Positions 51,201 through 64,000 of a stretch of DNA of 64,000 nt are shown one piece after another (within the stretch, counting starts at the first letter, position 1; every line of letters begins with the position of its first letter). Source of the DNA: Bugula neritina (lineage: Eukaryota; Animalia; Bryozoa); assembly GCA_964035545.1 (NCBI GenBank), contig OZ037773.1:8337751-8401750 (forward strand), written 5' to 3'. The position numbers and the translations under genes were made by a program. The notes below the pieces were generated by a model. That model did not search any database and was not told where the DNA came from. It was given only the letters and a program-made list of their open reading frames with translations.

Positions 51201-54200
51201 CTGTATATGCACTTACTTGTATATGCAGGAGACTCGGTAATAAGGTCGCAGTGTCCTGGTACAATAAAGACAGGAAATACACTCCGTCACAAGACAGTGA
51301 CTTCACTTTGCCATTATCTCTAGACATGAGACTCTGTGATGTCACAGCTATGCTAGCCAATCACCTTCACTGCGGCAGCCGGCAGCTACGAGTCTTTGAG
51401 GCCAGAAGGTGGGTTCCTCACTTCCTGTACATATAGTCTGCACCACTAGCTTGGCTTTTCAACAGCAATGGATGTGTTTTCAATTATTTATAACTCATTT
51501 CATCTAGTTATTGTACACAGTGCCTTTTGATGAGTCAGATTCTGCTTGCTAGTATATAAATAGAGTGAGTGAGTGAGTGAGTGAGTGAGCGAGTGAGTGA
51601 ATGATTGAGTAAGTGAGTGAGTGAGTGAGTGAGTGAGTGAGTGAGTGAGTGAGTGAGCGAGTGAGTGAATGATTGAGTGAGTGAGTGAATGACTGAGTGA
51701 GTGAGTGAGTGAGTGAATGAGTGAGTGAGTAAGTGAGTGAGTGAGTAAGTGAGTGAGTGAGAGAGTGAGTGAGTGAGTGAGAAAGTGAGTTAGTTAGTGT
51801 AAACATAGACTCAGTGCCCAGAATATGCTATCTGAGACGTAGAGCAAAGGGATGGTAGCCTCTCAGTTTATGCCATGTCTCTGTCAGCTAACACCACGTT
51901 ATGTGATGCTTTAGAGATCAAGGATATCCGCAGTTATCACAGCACAAAGTATATGATAGCTTAAGTTCCAACAATCTCTTGGCTCCTCTGTACAAACAGG
52001 TGCAACACTCCCCTCTCTGGAGACATGCAGCTGTCCTCTTTTACCAGCAGGTTTGTTCCAGAGCTTTCTTAACAATAATCAATTCAGCTATCGTATCTTC
52101 CATGATTAACTCACTATGCTAAAACCAGTATAAATTAGATATGCTAAAACAGTACATCTGAATATTTGTTGATGGAATTTCAAGGGAAAGTATATATTAT
52201 ATTATATTATATTATATTTAGTACTATCCCTCTATTATTATGTTTCCAAGCATTATGCTTATGGAGTTTTCATTCGATGTTTGTGAATAGTTGCATGGAA
52301 TGAAACCGCAACCACAAATTCATCTGTACGAGCATCCAGTCACCAGTCACATTATTGCGCAGTGTATACGCATAAAGAGCTGCTGTTTGTAGTTACCAAT
52401 GAGTATAGAGGAGATGGAAATCCGACACACTCTCAGCTGTCTGTTTGTCTCCCAGGACTTACTTTCAGTACGTACACTCACTTTGTATCCTCTCAAACAA
52501 AAGAGTTCTCTAACAGACTCGCAGAACTCTGGAGGTTCAGAACCCGAGGAGGATTCACCACCGTCCCCTACCACTGTGTCTTATCTGTTGCAACTAGCAA
52601 GGAAGGAGCTTTGTCTTGATCACCCTCTCAGGTCTATTGTGTTGCTCATTATTACATTACTCAATTACTCATCATTACATTACTCATCATTACATTACTC
52701 ATTATTACATTACTCATTATTAAATTACTCAGTGCAATACATTACTGGATAATGTATTACTGAATGTTGCATTACTGAATATTACATTACTGAATGTTGC
52801 ATTACTGAGTGTTGCATTACTGAATATTACATTACTGAATATTACATTACTGAATAATACATTACTGAATAATACATTACTTTTGTATTACATTACTGAA
52901 TATTACATTACTGAATAATATATTACTTTTGTATTGCATTACTGAATAATACATTACTGAATAATACATTACTGAATAATACATTACTGAATATTAAATT
53001 ACTTAGTTTTACACACATGATTAACACAGTTTCACTGCAGTTTTTTTAAACATATTTTCTACTTTCAGACTCCTTTCAGTGACTGGGAAAAGGATATCAA
53101 AGATCTGCAAAGAAGAGCATTTGGTCTCTTCATTGCTGAAAGAAGAACTCAGGTTAGAAGAGATCCCGGAGTCCGAAGAGGATATTGAGATGGAGTTTAC
53201 TAAGGTGTTAGCCTCAGTGGTCCTCGACAGTGCATATCTTGCGAAACGGGGCGTGTCTACACACCCCTTCCTTCTGGTGGTAGATCGGTCAGACACGGGC
53301 GATGTTATTCGAAACAAGATCTGTGGAAGATTAAAGATATCTGATGACTGGAAACACAAGGTGTGGTATTATTTTCTCTCTATAGTCTAATGAAATAATT
53401 GGAATAGGTTAATATAAATGAAATAAAAAATACTGAATACTGTTATAACAAATTAAAGTATAATAATATTTAATATTAAAATAGTTCTGTAAAATTAAAA
53501 AGTTATTTTACTACTGAAAAATTGTATATATTTAAATCTTTATTAAAACGCTGCACTATGTGATAAAATTTTAGTCAAATGACTAATTAGTAAACACAGT
53601 TATTATAACTTATAAAAACATAAACTATGAAAACAACCATGGAATTCTAACAATAAAACAAGTATTGAATGTAAGGAACATAAAAATACTCACTCAAAGG
53701 TTTGGCAGAATCACCAAAGAGTGTAAACCTTTTACTATACATTTTATCGTTAGTATCAAAGAGTATAACTGTAAAAGATGTGATAAGGCAACATGCTTCA
53801 GTGAGTGGCAGATGTGAAGTGATTGTTTAGTGTTACCAATTGTTGAAATGATTGTAAGACGCAATGGAATAGGTATTTAATTTCTGCATTGTTGTTTTTT
53901 ATTATTTGTAGAACAATAGCAATATATCTCATTGATTAAACATTCCAAATTAAAAACTGATTCTGAATTTGACAGTAAAATAATTGATCTGTGGAATTTA
54001 TCTTTATAATATTTAGGGTATTAATTTATATTCATTTGTAATTCCCAATACTTAGACCTCTACCTCTGCCATTTGATCTCTACTTCTGCCACTTGACCGC
54101 TACCTCTGCCATTTGATCTCTACCTCTGCCATTTGACCTCTACCTCTGCCGTTTAACCTCTACCTACCTATGCTTTTATAGTTTATGACAAGTTAAACTC

Positions 54201-55250
54201 ACTGTGACATCACACACACTTTGACTCATGCATTTTGCTAACTCATACATGTTGGCTACCTTTAAACTTCAATTCCTTCTAATCAAATTGCAAAATTTGG
54301 CACGGCGGTCAATCAAATGATGCTACACATAATTTATGCCACACACTATATAATATTCCCACAAGCTATGATGTAATAAACATGCTATCTATTTTACAGA
54401 TGGAGCTGAAGCTGGTAATGCCAGGAAGAGTATCTACGCCCCTACCTGATGGGAAGTTGACTGTAAGAGACTGGGCTAACCTCGCTTATGATGATGATAC
54501 AGGTGTGTACTCTGGCCTAGTAGCTCAGTCAGTCACAGAGTATAGTTAGTGATTGAGTCCAGTTAGTGGTTGAGTCCAGTTAGTGATTGAGTCCAGTTAG
54601 TGGTTGAGTCCAGTTAGTGATTGAGTCCAGTTAGTGGTTGAGTCCAGTTAGTGGTTGAGTATAGTTAGTGATTGAGTCCAGTTAGTGATTGAGTCCAGTT
54701 AGTAGTTGAGTCCAGTTAGTGATAGCTTTTAAAACTTCCAATGTGATTTACATTTAGCTCTGCCACCTGATTATGTTATACTTTTGCATTCACTGCATCT
54801 TTTTTCGAATCCAATTTAAAGTCACAATATTTCGAATTTTCTTCTTTACAAAAATAAAACCACTCCTTGCGGTTTGTAGCAACTTATATGTGAAATTGCC
54901 CAGCTTCACCCATTCAATTACCACGGCAAGTTTTTTCTTAGACTGTGATTCTATCATTTAGTTTAAGCTGGCTGGAAGGATTTTCAGGCTATCCTGACAA
55001 AATATGATGCTATGCATTGGTACTTGTTCAACCATCAGATTGTTTGGTTTTGGATTAATACATTGAACTTAATGCATCTATTTATTTGTAATATATCCAT
55101 TGAAAATCCATATCCAACGTTTAATCAATAGTAATATATCCATTAAAATACACATGCAGTATTTAACTGATGTCAATATATCCATTGACAGGGTCTTACG
55201 AAGGATGCAACTATATAAAGATTACAGATCGACTTCAAGTAACTCTCTAG
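42242..55250 (+). CDS. Divergent USP7-like ubiquitin carboxyl-terminal hydrolase (peptidase C19) with C-terminal UBL-like region, no MATH domain
   Basis: Exons 42242-42348, 42605-42761, 44924-45027, 45716-45848, 46376-46466, 46672-46742, 47301-47410, 47640-47769, 48010-48145, 48446-48509, 48745-48973, 49631-49758, 50109-50269, 50365-50435, 50894-51114, 51229-51408, ~51850-52050 (boundaries unresolved), 52393-52631, 53069-53360, 54400-54502, 55192-55250. Cys box GLYNESNTCYLNSLIQ, LTKAFGW, QQDVHEF, LPKVLLLTLNR, His box LHSAVVHEGGAESGHYYCYI, WYRFND, ENYG, TAYLLTYIR, and USP7-like AHLY, LRLEEIP and HPFLL. Confidence 0.85.
42755..44790 (+). repeat. 21-bp donor-spanning minisatellite, 96 full units / 97 donors
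   Basis: Unit TCACAAG|GTAGTATTA(TAC/CAG/CAC)TC. First GT 42762, last GT 44778. Difference 2016 = 96 x 21. Frame open throughout (ORF 42585-44864). Confidence 0.97.
47753..47983 (+). repeat. 26-bp donor-spanning minisatellite forming almost a whole intron
   Basis: Unit AGTGTGACCATACAGTG|GTAAGAGCT. GT at 47770, 47796, 47822, 47848, 47874, 47900, then two variant units, then GTGAGT at 47978. TACTAAC branch motif at 47989-47995 and acceptor at 48009. Confidence 0.9.
48178..48310. repeat. 20-bp intronic repeat (GTATAGTTATACATGCCTTC)
   Basis: About 6.5 copies starting ~30 nt after the donor at 48146. Confidence 0.85.
48990..49400. repeat. Compound 14-17-bp minisatellite (TAGTATACACTG core)
   Basis: About 27 core copies right after the donor at 48974. 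Source of the spurious minus-strand ORFs. Confidence 0.9.
51118..51225. repeat. TACATCTACCTG-type repeat filling a 114-nt intron
   Basis: Intron 51115-51228. Confidence 0.8.
51563..51792. repeat. (GAGT)n microsatellite
   Basis: Long tetranucleotide tract; each repeat junction reads GTGAGT. Confidence 0.95.
52645..52995. repeat. 15-bp minisatellite (ATTACATTACTGAAT / ATTACATTACTCATC)
   Basis: Fills most of intron 52632-53068. Confidence 0.88.
54055..54165. repeat. 20-bp repeat (GACCTCTACCTCTGCCATTT), ~5.5 copies
   Basis: Direct reading. Confidence 0.85.
54538..54723. repeat. 17-bp repeat (AGTTAGTGRTTGAGTCC), ~11 copies
   Basis: Starts ~35 nt after the donor at 54503. Confidence 0.9.
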
Positions 55251-55258
55251 CTCTAGTG

Positions 55259-55370
55259 TTATACTCTTTGTACATAGTGACCTATTCCTGTGTACAACTC
55301 CATTATACTCTTTGTACATAGTGACCTGTTACTGTGTACAACTCCATTATACTCTTTGTACATAGTGACC
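55259..55370. repeat. ~44-bp repeat immediately after the USP stop codon (3' UTR)
   Basis: TTATACTCTTTGTACATAGTGACC occurs three times. Confidence 0.8.
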
Positions 55371-56237
55371 CTACTGCAAGTCTTATCTGCTCATCAAATA
55401 CTAACTCTGGAACCTGTGAATCTTTTCTCATTGCAAACTAGTCTTCAAGGGAATCAACTGTAGCACCATGCAAGTACGTGGTGTTTTACTTTGCGTATTT
55501 ATGATCATTCTGTGTTCTCACTTTATGTTTTAAGCTGTTTCCAACCGTTTTAGTTTTTATATACAATGTAAATATTCTTTTAAGGTATTTTGTAAAAAAA
55601 CGTTGAGTATCCAATTGTTATTTATCCCTAGTATTATTTTGTTATGGCTGTAGCAGCTCATTGTGTTTACTTACAAGAATACAATGATGTTCTTATATTA
55701 CTTTATTCTGTGACTAAACGCATTTCATGAACCAGTATGTGTGTGTGAAGTAGTTCAAAATGTCAAAATAATTGAAGAAAATGACTAAAATATTGACTCC
55801 GAAGGCATATCACGCAGCAATTACGTGATTTGTAGCCTGCAATGTTACTTTAGACAGCAAATTACACTTTCAAGTTTCTTGCTTGTATATAACCATAAAA
55901 GTTTTAGAAAAATAAAACCTATTAAATGTACGTAAGAGCAATACTACTAAACTTCGATTCCCTTTTTCACAAATACTGATAATGATCAGACATATTATGA
56001 TCGAAGGTAGAGTTATGTCCTCTCTAGTACTAGCTACTAAATTGCTTTTTTAAATTAGCATTACTGTTCACCTGAACATAAAATTTCATCTTTGCAATAA
56101 ATTGGCATTCTACAGGAAGGAAGCTGATTAGGATAAAATTCAATAATAAAACATCATAGTTAGGTAAAAGAGGAATGACAACTCCTGTGGTGAATTATGA
56201 CTAAAATATTTACAAAGCTCATCTACAATTGGTGACT

Positions 56238-58420
56238 TCAGCTCATCCGGCCGAGAGACAATATTAGACATCCTTATATAATCGAGGCCAGAGTTATTTC
56301 TGCAGCAGAATTGGCTTCCCCACTCTTTGGCTGGTCTTCAGTTACCATCTCAGACTTTGCTGCTTTTGGCTGTTCCTTAGCGCCCTAAAAGAGAATGAAA
56401 TTTGACTGAAAGGGACTGCACATGCCAAGCAAACAACAATTTAATTCCTGAGCATAATCTGGTATCCAGCTTCTGATAAAAATATTGCATTCAGCAGGTT
56501 GCATGTGATTGAATACTAAGTATACCTGTGCATTGTTTGTTCCCCATCTCAGTTCTTTCAACGTAGTGCTGTCCTCAAGCAGAGCAGTTGTGTTTCCAAA
56601 TGTAGAAAATATCGGAAAACGTTTAGTTTCATTAGGCATAATCGACATAGCCGGAATAGTAGATGTAGTAGGAACAGTAGACGTGGCAGTAGCTACAGTA
56701 GATGTAGCAACTGGTTTAGCAGATGCAGTGTGTATTTCTGTAGATGAAAAGATTGACTTGGCAGTGATAGTTTCAGCAAGTGTAGAACCTGTATCACGAA
56801 AAATATAACCATGAAGTCATACATTTGCTTGTCTGAGAAGCAGAAAACAACATCTAACTAATTTAGCTACAAGCTCTATGGGACATTCACTGGCTATTCA
56901 ATTTGTTGTAAAATGTAGAAAACCCAGGCAGAGAATTTGTGTTACATAATATGTAGGTGCAGTAATGGAGAAATTTAGAAAAGCCTGGGTTCTAGATTAG
57001 AAATGTAGCATAAGAAGTTATGTTCTCACAAGAATTTCAACCCTCGCTCTAAACCAAAATTTAATGATAAAATTAAAACTTAGGCTATCTCAATTTCTGC
57101 ACTACTACTCCTAAATGCCTCAGGTGTTACCATTTTAGATCAAACACCACCTATACACATAGCAACCTCTTCCAGTATTTGATTACCTTTAGATATATGA
57201 GATGAAGCTTCCATATTCCCAGTAGCTTTGGCTAGATATCCCTTCAAAGGTTTTGTAATTTGTGTGATTAAGATACTTTCTGTTGTCTCAACAATCCTTG
57301 GAATGGTGTTGGCTAATTTACCTGCAGAGTTCCCAGAGTTTGTTGTGTTATCATCTGTTTCATGTGCTTTGGGAGGTAAAGTAGTGGTTTTGCTCAACAG
57401 TGTGCTAAGGTAGCTGGTGATGGCTGGCTTTCCTTCAGTTGTAGTAGTCTGGTCAGAGATGGTGCTTGTTTGAGTGGTTGGTTGGGTAGTTGTAGTGGTT
57501 GGATTACTTGCTGTAGTGATTGGTTTAGTTGCTGTAGAGGTTAGTTTAGTAGTTGTAGGAGATGAGTGAGTCGGTGTAGTGGCTGTTTGAGTAAGCATAT
57601 TAGTTGAGTGTGTAGTTGTTTTTGTCTGTAAAGTAAATACATCAATTGGTTGAGAAAATCTAGTGGTTGACTGAGTTGTTGCAGTGACTGATTGAGTAAC
57701 CTTGATGATTGGTTGAGTAGAAGTAATGATAGGTAGAGTAGCTGCAGTGATATCAAGACTAACTGCAATGATTGGTAGAATAAGTTTAGTGGCTGGGGGA
57801 GATGTAGTGATAGTTTGAGGAGTTGTAATCGTAAGTTCGCTAGTTGTAGCCGTTCATTGAATAATCGAGTTGAGCTGTTGACTAGACTTAATGAGCGATT
57901 GACTAGTTGTAGTGTCTGAATCACCAGATCTGGTGGTGGCTGTAAAAAATGGAGAAGTTAGTTTAACATTAGTTGGAATAAGCAATGTGTAACCCGTCTT
58001 AGTTAAAACTGTACTCGAAATTTTAAACCCTGTTTGATAAATGAGGAAACTGTTTTTATGGATACTTTAATGGCTAAGATTGTTTTATGTTTTTGTGATG
58101 AAATGGAACTGGAAAGTGTCTTGCTAGGGCTACAAAATTCTTTGATGAAGCATTTCAAAATGCATAAAATGAAGGTCCCAAAACATTTCATTTCTTTAGC
58201 TTTGAAAATTCAGCTTTCTAGAATCAAACTTATCATTTTCATGTGATATCATACAATAAAACATAACCAAATCCATATATTTAATATCAACAGTTTATCT
58301 TTAACACTTTTAAAATATTACCTCATGTATGGAATCCATTTGCAAGTGGCTTGCAGCAATATGTGTTGCAGTTATTACAGCAGCAGGCCGGCAGTAACAA
58401 AGTTAGCATTTTCATTAAAA
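56238..58420 (-). pseudogene. Thr-rich mucin-like paralog A (disrupted)
   Basis: Exon-like blocks ~58420-58322, 57939-~57140 (in-frame TGA at 57854-57856), 56788-56526, 56384-~56238 (TAA at 56274-56276 inside the hydrophobic tail). Homologous to blocks at 59-64 kb. Confidence 0.6.
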
Positions 58421-59025
58421 AGCTAAACAAGCTGTCAAATTCTTTCACCAATGCTCTGTTGAGCTGGTTATAAATTTCAGTGTTGGTTTAAACTTATGAA
58501 AACATAAATTCAGGCATTTCTATAAAATTGTGGAGTTGCAATTTCAACATGGTTGAAATTGATTAAAATATTATAACTCATTTTCGTATTCTAACACAAT
58601 ATAAAGTTGAACTCTTTTAAAAAATTTCTTCAGGTGCATGGGAGAAATAAATTGTTAGAGTTGGGTATTTATTAACAAGCACTCTAGTACAGCTTGAGAG
58701 AGAGAACCTGCATAAAGCTGTTGGTAGTTGTCAGCCCCTGCCCTGGTTTACTTATGATGTACATCTAAATAGACACCGTTAGTGTGGAAGCTACTATATG
58801 AGTTATATGAGACACAGGAGACATGAAACAGGGCTAATGTCACTATAACTGACATTATCACACCTTCACACATAAAAATACTTTGAAATAATGTTACAGT
58901 TTTAAAGATAATTTTTAAAGATAATTATATGAAGTCACACATTTGCTTGTCTAAGAAGCAGAAAAACGACATCTTGTTGGTAGAGGGCGAGTCTTGAAAA
59001 CATCAAAATATGAGAACATCATTTA

Positions 59026-60645
59026 CCTGATTCGATGGGACTGTTTAAGACAAGAACGTACAATGCTTGACAAAGAGCCATGATCACGAGCACGTAGTCT
59101 GTGTGACTGTTGATGTTCAGGAGGTTGGAGCAGTTACAGTCACTGGTTCAGAAGTTGAGGCCACATCTAGTTGAGTTACCAAAAGACTGTCCAGAAGATG
59201 AGTTGAGGTGTTTGTAGAGATAAATTCTGAAACAAGAGTATAATTACTGATTGCAGAAGAGTTGTTTGTCCTTGAACCAATCTCACTAGATTTGTGCTAC
59301 GTGAAACACCACCGCCGCCGCCACCACCACTACCACCACCACCTCCAGCAGCTTTGACTACATCTACCTTCAAAGGTTTTGTATTTTGTGTGATTAAGGT
59401 CTTAACAATTTTTGGAATGGTGTTGGCTAATTTACCCAGAGAGTTCCCAGAGTTTGTTGCTTTATCATCTGTTTCATGTGCTTTGCGAGATAAAGTAGTG
59501 GTTTTGCTCAACAGTGTGCTAAGGTAGCTCTCCTTCAGTTGTAGTTGTCTGGTCAGAGATAGTGCTTCTTTGAATGGTTGGTTGGGTAGTTGTAGTGGTT
59601 GGTTGGGTAGTTGTAGTGGTTGGTTGGGTAGTTGTAGTGGTTGGTTGGGTAGTTGTAGTGGTTGGTTGGGTAGTTGTAGTGGTTGGATTAGTAGTTGTAG
59701 TGGCTACTTGTGTATATGGTGTTACTGAGATTGTTCTTGTAGTTGTATTATTACTTGTAAGCAGTTACGGAGTTGCTCGAATGGCTGACGGAGTGAGCAT
59801 ATTAGTTGAATGAGTTGTCCTTTTTGTTGCTGGCACAAATTTATCAATCTTATCAATCGGTTGAAAATATTTGGCAGTTGATTGAATTGTCGCAGTGACT
59901 GATTGAGTAGCACTGATGATTGGTTGAGTAGAATTATTGATCGAGCAAGCAGATTTTGTGCATGGGTGAGTAGCTGCAATGACATGTCTAGCAATTGTTG
60001 TTGCTCGTAGTGATATGGTGATAGTTTGTATAGTTGTAATCGTTCAACCACTTGTTTTAGTCGAAATTTGAATAAGTCAGTTGATTTGTTGACTAGACGT
60101 AATGCAAGACTGCCTAGTTGTAGTGTTTGGATTACCCGATATACTGGTTGCTGTATAAAAACAAAATAGAGAATGTGGTTTAACATTAAATGAAATAAGC
60201 AGATAAATGACAATGTGAAGTCATCTTAGTTAAAGCTATACTTCAAATTTAAATAAATGGGAACTTAACTGTCTTTCAAAGATATTAATAGTTAAGGTTG
60301 CTTTATTGAGCATATCTTAGTGATAAAATGAAATTAGAAAGTGTCTTGCTGACGCTACAAAAATATTTGGTAAGGCATTTCAAAGTTTATGAAATAAAAT
60401 TCACAAAAAATCGTTTTCCTTAGCTTTGAAAAATCAGCTTTCAATAATCAAAATTGTCATTTTCATGTGAAATCATAAAATAAAACATAACCAAATCCAT
60501 ATCTGATATCAACAGTTTTCGATAACAACATATATAAAATATTACCTCATGTAAGGAATCCATTTCCAAGTTGCTTGCAGCAATATGTGTTGCAGTTATT
60601 ACAGCAGCCAGGCCGGCAGTAACAAAATTAGCATTTTCATTAAAA
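59026..60645 (-). pseudogene. Thr-rich mucin-like paralog B (partial, multiple stops and frameshifts)
   Basis: 60150-59360 parallels 57939-57240 with several in-frame stops. Includes a 21-bp TTTTQPT repeat (59575-59700) and a poly-Gly tract (59307-59348). The last exons are missing. Confidence 0.65.
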
Positions 60646-60850
60646 AGCTAAACAAGCTGTCAAATTCTTTCAACAATGCTCTGTTGAGCTGGTTATAAAT
60701 TTCAGTGTAGGTTTAAACTTATGAAAAAATTAATGCAGGCATTTCAATAAAATTGTGGAGTTGCAATTTAAATATGGTTGAAATTTATTGAAGTATTTTT
60801 ATTGGTAGAGCACCTATGCTAAGGGTCCTCTACTGTAGGTTAACAACCTG

Positions 60851-60854
<4 letters not shown>

Positions 60855-60922
<68 letters not shown>
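60855..60922. repeat. (TA)n microsatellite
   Basis: About 34 dinucleotides. Confidence 0.97.
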
Positions 60923-60925
<3 letters not shown>

Positions 60926-61447
60926 TGTTCTTTCTCTACCTCTACTTTACTCCCTACCTGTGGCCCTAGCCTTAAAAAAAAACAGCTGTAGGCAAGCAGT
61001 AGAGTTTAATGCTAATCTCCTCAGGTAATAAATTGCCACACCCACAACCACTGCATTGTGTGTGCAACAGATTTTCTATAATTTGGAGTTTGGACCCACA
61101 TGGCATGCAGAAAATCCATGGAGCTGTGGCTTCATCTTGACTGGGATTGTTTATACAACAATTAAGCTACTTGATTGTTTTTGAAATTGCATTACTGTTT
61201 ACCTCAACTCAACATTTTATGATTGCAAAACATTGAGCAATTTACAGGACAAGTTGATAGGAATAAAATTTAGTTTATTTCATTAAAGATATAACTTCAA
61301 AGCTAAAAAAAGTTAATCAAGCTAATAAGTTGTGAACTAATAAAACATCATACTAGTTAGGTAAAAGAGGAATGACAACTCCTGTGGTGAATTATAACTA
61401 AAATATTTGCAAAACACTTGTTTCTAGAAATTGTGATTTCAGTTCAT

Positions 61448-64000
61448 TCAACTGAGAGACAACAACAGAGATGCATGCATAATCGAGGCCAGAGTTATTT
61501 CTGCAGCAGAACTGGCTTCTCCACCTTTTGGCTGGTCTTTAGTTGCCATTTCAGATTTTGCTGCTTTTGGCAGTTCCTTAACGCCCTAAAAGAGAATGAA
61601 ATTTGACTGAAAGGGACTGCATGTGGCAAAGAAAGAACTCTAATTCCATGCATAATAGGTTCTTGCAATGAAATTGCAGTAAAACTAGTTCGTTCTTTTA
61701 ACAGTTCCAGTTTCCAAAGTTTAGACTGGTGAGAAATTAAAGCAGTAAAACACTCCATTTCCACTATTATAAAGAGGAAGACACTATTCTGATTTGAACA
61801 AAAATAAAGCCAACTAATACCAGAAGTTTGGTTGCCGATAACATCTGATATCTAGATTCTGATGAACAATTTTTATTCAGCTAGTGATTTAATACTGAGT
61901 TTACCTGTGGATCTTTTACTCCACTTCTTAGTTCTTTCAACGTAATGCTGTCCTCAAGTAGATCAGTTGTGATTTCAGACGTAAACAATATTGTAAAAGG
62001 TTTAGTTTCATTAGACTTAGTAGATGTAGTAGCAGACACAGTATATGTAGCAGGAACAGTAGATGTAGTAGGAACAGTGGATGTGGTAGACATAGTAGAT
62101 GCAGTAGTAGCCACAGCAGATGTAGTAGCTACAGTATATGTAGTAAACACAGTAGATGTGGTAGCAGGAACAGTAGATGTAGTAGTAGGAACAGTAGATG
62201 TGGCAGCAGCTACAGTAGATGTAGTAGCTACAGTAGATGTAGTAGGGACAGCAGATGTAGTAGCTACAGTATATGTAGTAGGAACAGTAGATGTGGCAGT
62301 AGCTACAGTAGATGTAGCAACTGGTTTAGCAGATGCAGTGTCCACTTCTGTAGATGAAAAGATTGACTTGGCAGAGGCAGTGATAGTTTCAGCAAGCACA
62401 GTACCTGTATCACCAAAAATATAACCATGAAGTCATACATTTGCTTGTCTGAGAAGCAGAAAAACAACATCTTGTTAGCACAGGGCTGCTTTTAAAAACT
62501 TCAAAATCTGAAAAAAATCATTTACCTGATTCGATGGGACTGTTTGGCACAAGTTTATAAAAAACTTGACAAATCGGGAACCACCATGGACAAGTAGTCT
62601 GTCCAACTGTTGATGTTGAGGAGGTTGGAGAAGTTGCAGTGACTGGAAAAGCAGTGAGCTTGATGTGGAAAAGACCAATACCATGGAGACGCAATTCACT
62701 CATGGATATGAAAATTTGAAATATTCGTTAAACTTTCCACATATTTTGCTAGAAGTCCAGAACTCATTATCCTGTTTGATTGAGATACTAAAAGTTAGTT
62801 TAAAAAGTGTTGCAAATTCTGAGGCTTCCATATAAATTGTATAATATTACAACCCTTTGTGATATTGAGTACAAGCAGTTGACCCACAAAGCTTAGCTAC
62901 AAGCGCTCTATGGGACATTAAATTTGTAACAATATGTATAAAACCTAAGCACAAAATCAGTGCTATGTGAACACTTGAATATGACCCTCAGGTGTTACCA
63001 TTTTAGACGTAGCAAGTTTTTTAAATACTTGATTACCTTTTAATAGATGAGACGAAGCTTCCATGTGCCCAGTAGCTTTGGCTAGATATCCCTTCAAAGG
63101 TTTTGTATTTTGTGTGACTACGAGAATTTCTGTTTTCTCAGCAATTTTTGGAATGGTGTTGGCTAATTTAGCCGGAGAGTTCCCAGAGTTTGTTGTGTTA
63201 TCATCTGTTTCATGTGCTTTGGGAGGTAAAGTAGTGGTTTTGCTCAACAGTGTGCTAAGGTAGCTGGTGATGGCTGGCTTTCCTTCAGTTGTAGTAGTCT
63301 GGTCAGAGATGGTGCTTGTTTGAGTGGTTAGCTGGGTAGTCGTAGTGATTGGTTTAGTAGATGTAGTGGTTGGTTTAGTAGGTATAGTGGTTGGTTTAGT
63401 AGGTGTAGTGGTTGGTTGAGTAGGTGTAGTGGTTGGTTGAGTAGATGTAATGGTTGGTTGAGTAGTTGTAGAAATTGGTTGAGTAGATGTAGTACTTGGT
63501 TTAGTAGTTGTAGTGGTTGGTTTAGTAGTTGTAGTGGTTGGTTGAGTAGATGTAGTGGTTGGTTGAGTAGATGTAGTGGTTGGTTGAGCAGTTGATTGAG
63601 TAGATGTAGTAGTTGGTTTGGTAGTTGTAGTGGTTGGTTGAGTAGATGTAGTGGGTGGTTTAGTATATGTAGTGGTTGGTTTAGTAGGTGTAGTGGTTGG
63701 TTTAGTAGGTGTAGTGGTTGGTTGAGTAGATGTAGTGGTTGGTTGAGTAGATGTAGTGGTTAGTTGAGCAGTTGATTGAGTAGATGTAGTAGTTGGTTGG
63801 GTAGATGTAGTGGTTGGTTGAGCAGTTGATTGAGTTGATGTAGTGGTTGGTTTGGTAGTTGTAGTGGTTGGTTGAGTAGATGTAGTGGTTGGTTGAGTAG
63901 ATGTAGTGGTTGGTTGAGTAGATGTAGTGGTTGGTTGAGCAGTTGATTGAGTAGATGTAGTGGTTGGTTTAGTAGATGTAGTGGTTTGTTTAGTAGGTGT
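61448..64000 (-). CDS. Thr-rich mucin-like paralog C (5' end outside window; possibly disrupted)
   Basis: Open TTSTQPT repeats from 64000 run into LSTLLSKTTTLPPKAHETDD (62963-63247). Further exons ~62700-62525, 62404-61906 (TTSTVA repeats) and 61585-~61448, which has a +1 nt difference relative to paralog A. Confidence 0.6.
63330..64000 (-). repeat. 21-bp coding minisatellite (ACTACATCTACTCAACCAACC = TTSTQPT)
   Basis: Direct reading; continues past the window edge. Confidence 0.92.

Noticed and set aside
59574-62424. Val-rich plus-strand ORFs
   Set aside because: Antisense shadows of the Thr-rich minus-strand mucin repeats.

Overview
AT-rich, intron-rich eukaryotic (invertebrate animal) genomic DNA. 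There is no prokaryotic operon or CRISPR array. Hand-spliced genes, in order: (1) a two-exon single-pass microprotein (-, runs off the left edge); (2) an RDH13-like short-chain dehydrogenase (+, 8 coding exons) whose 4.5-kb sixth coding intron holds an intact U1 snRNA gene and a foldback ISL2EU/Harbinger-type DNA transposon with ~870-bp inverted arms; (3) CCDC170 (-, 13 exons), head-to-head with (4) a ~1100-aa uncharacterised protein (+, 20 exons) with cadherin-like beta-sandwich repeats, a U-box-like segment and TPR-like helices; (5) a small secreted Cys-rich gene with a decayed tail; (6) a divergent USP7-like deubiquitinase lacking the MATH domain (+, ~22 exons); (7) a tandem cluster of three Thr-rich mucin-like paralogs (-), partly pseudogenised. 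The most striking unexplained pattern is a set of unrelated minisatellites whose unit spans an exon-intron junction. At eight introns in three genes the splice site itself is tandemly amplified. These include a ladder of 97 in-frame donors inside the USP catalytic domain and three introns built almost entirely of such repeats. All assignments come from reading the sequence and motif recall; no database search was run.
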